Shown here: positions 27,001 to 37,317 of the stretch, one piece after another | How the letters are laid out: the number at the start of each line of letters is the position of its first letter | Position numbering within the stretch: position 1 is the first letter of the stretch | NCBI GenBank assembly: GCA_048213135.1 | Contig: PS015110.1 | Coordinates: 50,221-114,220 of the forward strand | Origin: Reclinomonas americana ATCC 50394 | Taxonomy: Eukaryota | Direction of reading: 5' to 3' | DNA length: 64,000 nucleotides | Notes under the pieces: model-generated | What the model was told of the DNA's origin: nothing | Databases searched by the model: none | Seen by the model: the letters and a program-made list of their open reading frames with translations, nothing else | Position numbers and translations under genes: made by a program

Positions 27001-29163
27001 AGTTATCTTCGACGGCCTCCTTCTCAGTTGCGGGTGTAACGCGCTCATCATCAATCCTGAGCCAGTTGCCCCGAAGGCCAGGGCGCAAATACACGTAGTA
27101 ATGGCCGCCCGACACGCCGCCCGAGTGCACTAGAACCGACAACAGCAAGTAGTCGTTGCGCACAGACTTATCGGCCTCCGGTGCCATGTACGCATCAAGG
27201 TTCATCTCAGTCGGGAATTCGTAGCGATCATCAATCTGCACCCCAACATGAAGTTCAGTTGCGCGCCTCCCAGCAGATCGGCATGTGTGCACTCAATACC
27301 TTGGAAAAGATATTCGTCGCGGCGTCGTACTCAAAGCGTTTGAGCTGCAGAACGAGAACCGGCGGCAGCGACAAGAACTGGTGCCTTTTTGTGGCTGCCC
27401 TGTTGCCCAAACCAAGATAGGATTGGCTGGCGCGACTAACGCCCTCCAAGCCGGTAAACTTGTTAAACGAGTCAAGAACACCGTTGCAGCCCTTCACAAG
27501 AAGCGGCAACTCGAGGAAGGATTCCGCGTGTGGCGATGAAGAGTAGTTGCGCTTCGCGTGCTGGTCGAGGCTTTTCACACGACTGCAAAATATTGCACTC
27601 ACGGTGCCCTCTTGCGGTGTTCCCTGCAACCCAAAAGGGTATCAGAGACGTAATTTGCGGAACAAGAAAAATCGTGCGCACACCTTTAGCTTCTCGTCGA
27701 CGTTGTCGACCAACGTACACAGTACCTCCTGTGCGTCGTATTGCACATATGCATCCATTGCACTCCAACCAAATGACTTGGTCAAGACCTTGGTTGAGAC
27801 GACGTCGGGTGAGACCTGCAAACGCCAGAATGTGTACTGGAGAGCGAGTGGAATGTTGCGAGATGCATCTTCCAAGTGCAACAGTTCCATGCGATTGAGC
27901 GCACGTCGGAAGTGAGGAACATGGTACAAGATCTGCAGAAATACGTTGATGGAAGCAGTTGCGCCCTGATTGCGCAATCCCACGCAGCCCGTCTCTGTGC
28001 GAGCGTCGTAGCTGTTACGACAAAATTTGAGCGCAGTGTTTCAGTGAATCATAGTGACAATCGACACGCCCACAGACAATTGCGTACTCATGGTATGCCC
28101 AACCGAAGAATTGGTCTTTCATCACCTCGATTCGAGCTTCAATGACAAGCGTGTCATTCACAAGGCTGACGGCGAGAAGCAAGTCATGCACATGTAATGC
28201 AACAAACACAAACTATGCGACTGCACGCAACAAGCCCTCGGCTTCTGTCAGCTTGGATACATGCAGAAACTGGCCAAACCCCCAGCTGGGCTCCTGCTTG
28301 TTGAACTGTTTGCGAGTTTCTGCGTGGGAACAACACCTGGTGAGTAGAATGAGGCGGAAAACTGACGGGAAACAAGACAAACCCTGGAAGTAGGAATCGC
28401 GCATGTCCAACTGGTTAACCACACCAAGACGGAACTCAGTGTACCGGGTACAATAGTCATAGCTTGGAGAGCAATCAGCGAAGAACAAAGAAGTGAATCA
28501 GCCGGTACACAGCACGATGACGCACCGTTGTGACTGTGTGTCAGCACAACAAAGATACAATGACACATGCCTGTCGTGTTGGCGGCCGTTGGGAACCATC
28601 AGAAGCCGCCTACGCGGAGAAAGAATAAGTATCTAAAGCAATTGCGTCGAGCATCTCGTTAGACGTATCACGTGCAGAGAGAGGGAGAGAATAGAAGAGA
28701 AAGATGTGTGAGTAGATAGAAGGAAAGCACACGAGACTTGTTGGCGATCACTGGTAGATGCTCATTGTTGTGTGTGTCCCAGTGAAGTTTCTATTATTCA
28801 GAGAGAAGAACACTCACCACGGAGCGCCGGCGCACTCAAACACCTCCGAGTGCGTGCCCTGCGTCACTTGACCAAAGTTGGTCAACTTCCAGCGCACAAT
28901 TTGGAACGTTGCTGTGCCACAAACAAGAGAAAGAAGGTCAATGCGGCTCAATCTCCCACGGTGTCAATCTCTCATCCGCACAAACACGCTCACGAGTGAT
29001 GCTCTTCACGAGATAGACACCAGCAGGCTTGCCGGAATCATCAAACGCCCGCTCCTCATCTGCACGCCAATGTGAGGAACGAGACCGAGTTTCGCTGCGC
29101 TCTCACTTGCTCACCACCAATAGCCTCCACTTGCGCTGCTGAGGACAGAGCAGAGCGCTCCAT
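24052..29163 (-). CDS. USP7/Ubp15-like protein (MATH domain, USP domain with catalytic Cys read as Ala, UBL region, Gln-rich coiled coil); apparently spliced to the kinase downstream
   Basis: MATH motifs VRWKLTNF..SEVFECAGAPW, FRLGVVNQ, SWGFGQF, VNDTLVIEARIEV. YDARTETGCVGLRNQGATASINVFLQILY (canonical is GLKNQGATCYMN), LTKSFGW..QYDAQE, LPPVLVLQLKRFEYD, DDRYEFP, LVHSGGVSGGHYYVYLRP..WLRIDDERV, AVEDNYG, MLVYVR. C-terminal UBL-like motifs LLLFKFYDP, LVHGDILVFQ, LRVEEIP, IGIEHRD. The start at 29163 is inferred. Confidence 0.88.
28717..28787 (+). repeat. Third, partial copy of the inverted-repeat arm seen at 30672 and 31317
   Basis: TAGAAGGAAAGCACACGAGACTTGTTGGCGATCACTGGTAGATGCTCATTGTTGTGT is nearly identical to ~31248-31303. 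Confidence 0.85.
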
Positions 29164-29205
29164 TGTTTTGACAATGGTCGCCGAGNNNNNNNNNNNNNNN
29201 NNNNN

Positions 29206-29239
<34 letters not shown>

Positions 29240-30005
29240 TAAGCACAGTGGCAATAGCAAAGAGATCTGTCGGAATAATGCGGTGCGAGTAGATGGGACA
29301 GGACGTATGTTGCCTCGTTCCGAAGTATCTCGCGTTTCTTGAAAGGAGACATTACCACGAGTACATAGATAGGAGTCGGCGACGTTGCCGGTCACCTTGC
29401 AACAGTGATTTTCATGGCGAAAGTTAACCAGCCGCATAATGATCAAGGCGGCGCGCGCGCGCCGGCGACCACTCTCTCTCATGGAGAGAACAATGATCAG
29501 GGGAAGCTGGTGCTGAGATGATGATGGACAACAACTCCGCATAGAGTACATGAGCAGCTGCATCAAGGCAACACCACCTCGACCGACAGCCGAAGACAGA
29601 CAACAAAAGGCCACGATATCCGTTGGGATGATGTCGAGTGGAGGTGCAGCAGCAACCACAAACACAACAACGCAGCAACCTCCGAACAAGAGCCGCAGAC
29701 AGACAGTGAGAAGGTCACGATCCAGCTGAAAACAACGACCGTAATCGTCTTCGACAACCGCACACACAGAGGTGATACCGAGTGAGAGGTGCATGAGTAC
29801 CCACAGACCCAGCAAAGCAGACTTCCTGCTGCTCAATCCACATCGATTCACCAAGAACACGAGTCACCTGCACAACCGGCACTCCCTCCCCGGGCCCGCA
29901 GCTGGTGGTTCATCGTGCCAGCAATGTACTTCTCTCCCACTGCCACCTTCCCTTCGCAACTCCGTCAGCATTTAATCAAAAACATGGTGCATTCCCTTCT
30001 TCCTA

Positions 30006-31797
30006 TCACTCGTCATCACTATCACCATAACCACCATACGCATCTGCCGCATCCTCCTCACCGCTGCTGTAGTCCTCGCCGATTTCCAGGCTGTAGCGCA
30101 TCGAAGCTGTCGTAATCTGCTTGTAAGAACACAACTTCTACATCTTGTCCCCGCACCACTACCACATCGACGCAACATTTGAGGTCGTTCAGCTGACGCC
30201 GCATGTTGTCGACGTTGAAGGGCGGTCGAGCAATGTCGCCAATGGTGGTGACGGGCGCCGCGGTGAGTTCCTCGGCCGCGGTAAACACGTCCTCGGTCAC
30301 CTGCAGCATCACGAGCGGGCAGTCGTGGCGATTGACCAGTGCGCGCTTGAGGTTGGTGTAGTGGCGGTCGAGCTGCTCGACGCGCTTGGTGGAGATGGTG
30401 GTTTCGCCTGCATGGGTATGGGGGAAGGAGAAGATGAGTGTTTCGGTTCGGGGAGAGGTATGAGTGAGAAAACGAGACACAGGAATGGAGAAATCCTGTG
30501 CATTCGACTTCTACAGGAGATGAAGAAAATACTTGTTCTGTCTTCCATCGCGCAGGTGAGAACAAGAGGCGTATATTAGAGAGAGTGAGAGAGAGGAAAG
30601 GAGAGGATAAGCTCGGGATTGACGATTGCAATTTTTTCTCGAAAGGAGACTGTTGCGGGAGACTCCACTCACTTCACTGATCCATACACAGCAATGAGCA
30701 TCTTCCAGTGATCGCCAACAAGTCTCGTGTGCTTTCCTTCTACAACTAAAACTGTTTAAAGTGTGTTGTCGATGTTGAGAANNNNNNNNNNNNNNNNNNN
30801 NNNNNNNNNNNNNNNNNNNNNNNNNNNNNNNNNNNNNNNNNNNNNNNNNNNNNNNNNNNNNNNNNNNNNNNNNNNNNNNNNNNNNNNNNNNNNNNNNNNN
30901 NNNNNNNNNNNNNNNNNNNNNNNNNNNNNNNNNNNNNNNNNNNNNNNNNNTAAAGCCCTATTCAGGGCACACGGCCTCTTGCTCTTTCTAATTCCGCGCT
31001 TTCTTTCTGGATTCTCTCTTGCATCCCTTGATCCCTCCTCTCTGTCTTCCTTATTATCGCATTCCGCTCTCACTCGATTCCTCTCCCCCCTTCGATACAT
31101 CTCTANNNNNNNNNNNNNNNNNNNNNNNNNNNNNNNNNNNNNNNNNNNNNNNNNNNNNNNNNNNNNNNNNNNNNNNNNNNNNNNNNNNNNNNNNNNNNNN
31201 NNNNNNNTTCTCAACATCAACAACACACTTAAAACAGTTTTAGTTGTAGAAGGAAAGCACACGAGACTTGTTGGCGATCACTAGTTGATGCTCATTGTTG
31301 TGTATGAATCAGTGAGGTTTCCATTATTATGTCTTCCACTTCCCTTTCTGTCGCACGATTCCGCCTCATTATCTCGATATGCTCCGTCCTTTCTCTCTCT
31401 CTCTCTATGTCTCTCTGTCTCTCTCTCACTCTCTCTCTCTCTCTCTCTCTCTGTCTATCTCTCTCTTTCTCTCTCTCTTTCTTTCTCTCTCTCTCTCTGT
31501 CATGTAACTGTGTCTATTTCAATTCTTCTCTCCCACATTCTCCCACTCTTGACGTTCCTCGCATCCAACCTCGCTAACTCGTGCAATAAGCTCCCAATTT
31601 CAGGTGGCTTCACGCGGTTACTCCTCAACAACAATCATTCACCAACAAACAGGCGCATGCTGACCAAGTCCATCCATGTTCAAAACATCAACACAAGCAC
31701 CAGTCTTGAGGCAGGAGAGAGGGAGACGGGAGGAAGAGGCAAACAACGCATGCATTCTGAGTGAGAGGGAAAAGAGAAAAGAGAGTGGAAGAGAGGA

Positions 31798-31832
<35 letters not shown>

Positions 31833-34800
31833 ATAAAGGGGAAACACATCTTGCTGCGAGCTTGCTGTTAAAGTCAAAAAGCAACAGACGCGTTCAGTGT
31901 ACGAGAGACGGCGAAGGAGACACAGTCAAGACTCGAGCGCGATCGACAAAGAAGATGCATGCAGAGGGAAGAGAGGGCGAGAAAGTTTCAAGCGCTGTCG
32001 ACAAGGAACACTTGCATTCTGAGATAGAGATAGAGAAGGTATTCTTGTGCGCGTGTTTGTCTAGAGTAATTACTCCTCCTCTACTCTTACAACATGTCTC
32101 TCCTTCATATACTCTCCCTCACTTCACTACTTTTCTCACCTTCGTTGTCTCTTCTCACCCTCTCCGTTTTTCTCTTGCATCTCCCTCGTCCCCTCACTCG
32201 CGCCCTTCTCTATCGGCATTCTTCCTTCATATCTTTCTCATCTCCATCCTCTCTCCCCCTTCTCCTCTTTGCACGCAACTCTGCACAATCGAATGACACC
32301 GCCGCTCCGCCGCATCAATCATCTCCACCGCCTTCTTCTTCTTCTCCGCCAGAGCCTCCTCCACCTGCGCAAACATCTCGAGCACCCGCTGCCGCGTCTC
32401 CTCCTGCGGCTTCTCCGCAATACCACCCAGTTGCTGCAACAGTTTGTCGCACTGGTGCTTGCGGGAGGCCATTTTTGACAGCTGTGTGTAGGTGGGGAGG
32501 AGGGGGGCAAGTGAGTGGGCAAGACTGAAGGAGAATGAAAGAGGAAAGGGAGAGGAATGTGTGAATGATGGAGGGAAAGAGAGAGCGATGGAGTGATGAG
32601 GATGTGCTGAGCATAGGCGGGAGAGCAAGGGAAGAGAGCAAGGGGGAGAGCGANNNNNNNNNNNNNNNNNNNNGGGGGAGAGCAAAGGGGGAAGAGCAAG
32701 GGGGGAAGAGCAACGGGGGAGAGCAAAGGGGGAAGAGCAACGGGAGAGCAAGGGGGAGAGCAACGGGGGAGAGCAACGGGGGAGAGCAACGGGGGAGAGC
32801 AACGGGAGAGAGCAACGGGAGAGAGCAACGGGGGAGAGCAACGGGGAGAGAGCAACGGGGAGAGAGCAACGGGGGAGAGCAACGGGGGAGAGCAACGGGA
32901 GAGAGCAGGGGAAGAGAGCGAAGGGGGAAAGCAAAGGGGGAAGAGCAAAGGGGGAAGAGCAAGGGAAGAGAGCACGGAAAGAGAGCAAGGGGAGAGAGAT
33001 GGAGTGAACAGTGATGTCATCACTTGGGCGAACCATGCTGCCAATCCGCTTGCACACCACCTTGGTGGCGTCGCGCACCGACACGCAGTGTGAGCGGCGT
33101 TCCTTATCACTATCGCATCCAAAGTAAAATCAGCAACAGGTGCCACCCCTTTTCCACACACGAGTCTCACGCAACCCTTGCACGCAGTCGCGACACAGCA
33201 GCGCATACTCGTGAATGTCAAAGAGGGTCAGCGGCAGGTGGTGGGTGTCGCACGTGAGCACCGACTCGGGGTCCTCGGTCGCCGCCAGCAGCTCCTCCAC
33301 CGACGCCGGCTGCTCGCGGTAGCGCAGGCGGCGTGAGCGGCGTGCCCAGGGGGCGAGGGTTTTGTCGGAGGGGATGGCGTTGAGCTGATGGAGAAATGAG
33401 CGAAGGAGGCATGAGGTGAGGATAGGAGGAGAGATGAGGAATAGGAAGAGAGGAAGAGAGGACGAGCGGAATGAGGAAGGGAGGAAGAAGAAGAAAGGAA
33501 GAGAGAAAGGAAGGAAGGGGATGAGAGAGAGGAAGGGGAGAAGAGGAAGAGAGTAAACTGGGAAGAAACACGGAAGACAGGAAAGAGACAGAGGAGGAAG
33601 AAGAAGGTAAAGGCTGTTCCTCTCGCCCCCTTCCTCTTTCCTCGCTCCTTCTCTCTCTCGCTTCCTCTCTTCTCCTTTCTCTTTTCCATCTTCTCTCTTC
33701 CTGTTTCATCTCTCGTCTATTCCTTCTCTTGTTTCCTCTGCCTCTGTTCATCCAGTCGTCTTCCTCCTGCCTCTCTTTCTCAATCGACTTCCTTTGCCCT
33801 GCCTTCTTCTTTTCCTCCTTCCTCTCTGTCTCTCGCTGCCTCTTTTGTTCATCTAATCGTCCTTTCCCTTCGTTCTCCTATCCTCCTCTTTCTCTCTCTC
33901 ATTCTTGAATTCTTCTCTCTTCATTTGCTCATCTTTCACCTCTTTCTCAAGCAGTAATCATCCCCAACGCCTTCCACTTCTCAGCCTTCTCCTTTGATCT
34001 CTCTCTCTCTCTCCTTCTTNNNNNNNNNNNNNNNNNNNNNNNNNNNNNNNNNNNNNNNNNNNNNNNNNNNNNNNNNNNNNNNNNNNNNNNNNNNNNNNNN
34101 NNNNNNNNNNNNNNNNNNNNNNNNNNNNNNNNNNNNNNNNNNNNNNNNNNNNNNNCGGACGCGCACACGACGGAAGCACATAGTACGTCTCATCGACCGC
34201 AACATCCTCCTGACAATCAGAAAGTTGTCAGCACAAAGATATCGAACATACAGGTCCGATGGGAGGACACACAGGCGCGCAACTCGACAAATGATGCACA
34301 TGGGCAGCTCTGCAGCAGGCGGTTGTGATGCAGCAGCAGCAGGAGGAGGCGACGAAGGTCCTTCGTTGTCGACCTCGGCAGTTGGCGTGGTCGTCGTGGT
34401 CGTCGCGACAGCTGTGGTGGTCGTCCGCTTGCGCTGCGTGTACTTGGAGCGCAGCTTACGAGCGGCCTCGCGTGCGGCCGCCTCTGCTTCGTCCAGCACC
34501 GCCTTCTCGGCCTCGTAGTCGACGTCGATGTCGACCGTCTCATCGATATTCGACGACGACGATGATGATGACGACGACGATGCAGTGGAGTCGGCGGTGT
34601 CAAAATCGAAAGTGATAGGTGCGCCCATGGGCGATGATGGCGTCTTGCTGTGCTTCTTTGGCGCCTTTTTCGCAGCAGCTCTGCCAGGAAAAATAAAAAA
34701 TCAGAAAATGCATGCACAGGGAGAAAGAAACACTCTTTGTGGGCTGCACGCACTTCGCAGGCTTCTTCTTGTTCTTGTTCTTGGCAGCAGCGCGTCTGAT

Positions 34801-35013
34801 CACGTGCATGCCAGTGAGTGACACGTGACACGCGCCAATTGACGGAAATACACACGTGTCACAATACCGTTGCTTCAAGCGACGCACAAAAAAGATGATG
34901 ATGAGCAGCAGTGGCACGCAGCACAGCAGAATGACTGTCCAGCGGTGCTCCTGTGGCACACACCACGGGCCGAATGCAAAGTGTGTGTCGGCGACGCAGG
35001 CGGAGTCAGCCAT
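30006..35013 (-). CDS. RING - B-box-like - coiled-coil (RBCC/TRIM-like) protein, multi-exon, partly in gaps
   Basis: CIICR|EDVAVDETYYVLPSC (RING start, 34300-34165, then a gap). LTCDTHHLPLTLFDIHEYALLCRDCVQG|DKERRSHCVSV (degenerate B-box, ~33260-33070). Helical exon 32481-32300 (QRVLEMFAQVEEALAEKKKKAVEMID) and ~30408-30157, then an acidic tail ending TGA at 30008-30006. The start codon and some junctions are uncertain. Confidence 0.62.
30672..31317. mobile_element. MITE-like / foldback element with about 110 bp terminal inverted repeats, inside an intron
   Basis: 30672-30781 is the reverse complement of 31208-31317 with only a few mismatches. The interior is mostly N-gap and no target-site duplication is evident. 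Confidence 0.6.
32633..32997. repeat. Intronic minisatellite, about 13 bp unit GAGAGCAACGGGG
   Basis: More than 20 tandem degenerate copies directly visible. Confidence 0.9.
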
Positions 35014-36213
35014 TCTTCGCTCGACCCCCAAATGCAAAATAAAAAATATGTTGCATAAATAGCTTTTAGCGCGAATCGCAGCTGCCAAGTCCGACACAGG
35101 CACACAAGCAACAGCGGGGCTTGCTGCGCACGTGTGAATGCGCAGCTCACAAGGTTTGATTCGAAGTGGCAGTCATTGAGAAATGCATTCGGACACCAAG
35201 ACCAACCACATGCAGAGCCACCACGAAACACCACAGCACCGCGATCTGCATCGCAGAGCAACGCGCAGCTGCACAGTGAATTGACGCACTCGGCTGTATG
35301 CAGACGACTGATACTCGAAGGATCCGCCCTTCGCCAGAGAGAGAGGGAGCCCCTACTGCTGTGAACGACATGAATGAAGGCGTCTGCGTTCTCCTCTCTC
35401 CCCTGCACAATTATCCTCTTCTATCCTCTCCTTTCGTCTCCTCTGCTCTTGTCTTTATCTTATCCTCCTTTCTTCTCTTCACTTCTCTCGTCTTCTCCTC
35501 AAAGGCCTTTTTTGAGAAGGAAAGAAAAGAAGCAAAGTCTCTTTTCTTCTCAAGAGAGAGAGTGAAAGGGAGATTCGTCTCTTCGTTCCTTCAGTTTCTC
35601 CTGTTCTGTTCTCTCCCCTCTTCTCCTCTCCTCTCTGCAGCTGTCTCTCTCTCCCGCTTCCCCTCCTTTCCTTTCCTCTCCTCCCTTTCTCCCTTCTCTT
35701 TCCACTCGTCCCTTTTCTTTTTTCTCCTCTATTCTCCTCCCTTCTATTCCCTTCTCTTTCCTTCGGCCTTTCACTATTTTCTTCGTTCTCCTCCTCTATT
35801 CTCTTCTTATCTTCTCTTCTTTTCTCTTCTTCGTCTCTCACCCCTCTCTTTCTCTTATCCTCTCGCCTTTTCCCTTCCCCTTCCCCTCATCCCCTTCCCT
35901 TCATCCCCCTTCCCCTCATCCCCCTTCCCCTCATCCCCCTTCCCTTCATCCCCCTTCCCCTCNNNNNNNNNNNNNNNNNNNNNNNNNNNNNNNNNNNNNN
36001 NNNNNNNNNNNNNNNNNNNNNNNNNNNNNNNNNNNNNNNNNNNNNNNNNNNNNNNNNNNNNNNNNNNNNNNNNNNNNNNNNNNNNNNNNNNNNNNNNNNN
36101 NNNNNNNNNNNNNNNNNNNNNNNNNNNNNNNNNNNNNNNNNNNNNNNNNNNNNNNNNNNNNNNNNNNNNNNNNNNNNNNNNNNNNNNNNNNNNNNTCCAT
36201 AACTTGACCTGAT

Positions 36214-36741
36214 TCACTCCGCTTCACCAACTGCAATCTCCGCCTCCAGATGCTTGCGCAGCGAGCCACTCTCCAACAACTCATGCAGCACGCTGGCATT
36301 GGAGAACCGCACCTGCACGCGCAGCGCATCTCCGTCGTCATTGTGCATCAACTCCGGACCCGTCACCTCCACCGTGGCGGCGGCGATTCGCCGGAATGCG
36401 CTGCTCACAATGTTGGCCGATCGGTGCACTGGGGTGTCGTCGCTATGCAGGGCGGATGCTTCGGAAATGTCGCCTGCGGAGAGGTACAGGTGAATTGCAG
36501 GGAACAGCACCCCTCCCCATCCACCACCTCTCACTCACTCACCATCATCCGTCAAGTCGAAGTCCATGCTGGCCACCAACCCTCGGTACAGCACTCGTGG
36601 CGAGTACTCCAGCAGCAATGAGCACAGCCTCTGCAGGGCCGACTGTGAGGCGCGCTGCGATCGGCTGTCACTGCCCGGTCGCAGAGTGCTGGAAGGCGCC
36701 GCGCTGGACTCGGACAACAGCTCCGTATCTGGGGAAGGCAT
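36214..36741 (-). CDS. Hypothetical protein (at least two exons; may be the 3' part of a longer gene)
   Basis: ORF 36741-36544 (..LQRLCSLLLEYSPRVLYRGLVASMDFDLTDD) splices GTGAGT..CAG in phase 1 to 36474-36214 (GDISEAS..LRKHLEAEIAVGEAE*). No family recognised. Confidence 0.45.
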
Positions 36742-37317
36742 TTGTGAGGAAGCAAGGGAATAAAGTGACCAGCTGCATCGTTACACTGACCCACGGAGCC
36801 GGGACCACGTGCAAAACCGTAAATATGGCAAAGTTCATCCAAGTTGGGGATACCCACTGGCAGGGGAGAGGAGATTTTAGACGCAACGATTCCCAACGTT
36901 GACAACACAAATCACGCTTACTGGCTGTCCTCCTCCACTCTCACCCAAAACTCTATCACTCTCGAGACAGAAATCTTCAACAATACGACAGCTGATGACC
37001 CCTGGCAGAACTGCAGCTCAACAGCTCGTGCTGCTTATAGTATTTTCCCGTACGTCAGCGGAGCAGACTGCTTATGTCATCTGACGTTGCTAGCGTGGCA
37101 AACAGGCCTATCACTTGCTCACATGCGCATGCTAGTCTACTGCTTTCAATTGTGTCCTCCTGCCTGTCCCTCTCGCTTTTCTATGTCCCTGCCCTCCACA
37201 TGTACCCGCACGCCCCCCACACACAGATTTGGCTCACATTTCGCGGCAATCTGACAACAACATGAGTGACTGAAAGCCTCAGCAAACAACACTACATCGC
37301 TCGAATCCTCACCGGCT

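Noticed and set aside
28800-30410. TRIM37-like fusion of the RBCC gene to the downstream MATH domain
   Set aside because: The RBCC frame appears to end in an acidic tail with TGA at 30008-30006 (or at 30058 if unspliced), and the MATH domain belongs to a USP7-type architecture with its own plausible ATG.
31545-31705. Possible decayed LRR fragment (LLLRSNRVKPPEIGSLLHELARLDARN, minus strand) in an intron
   Set aside because: Too short and stop-interrupted to support.
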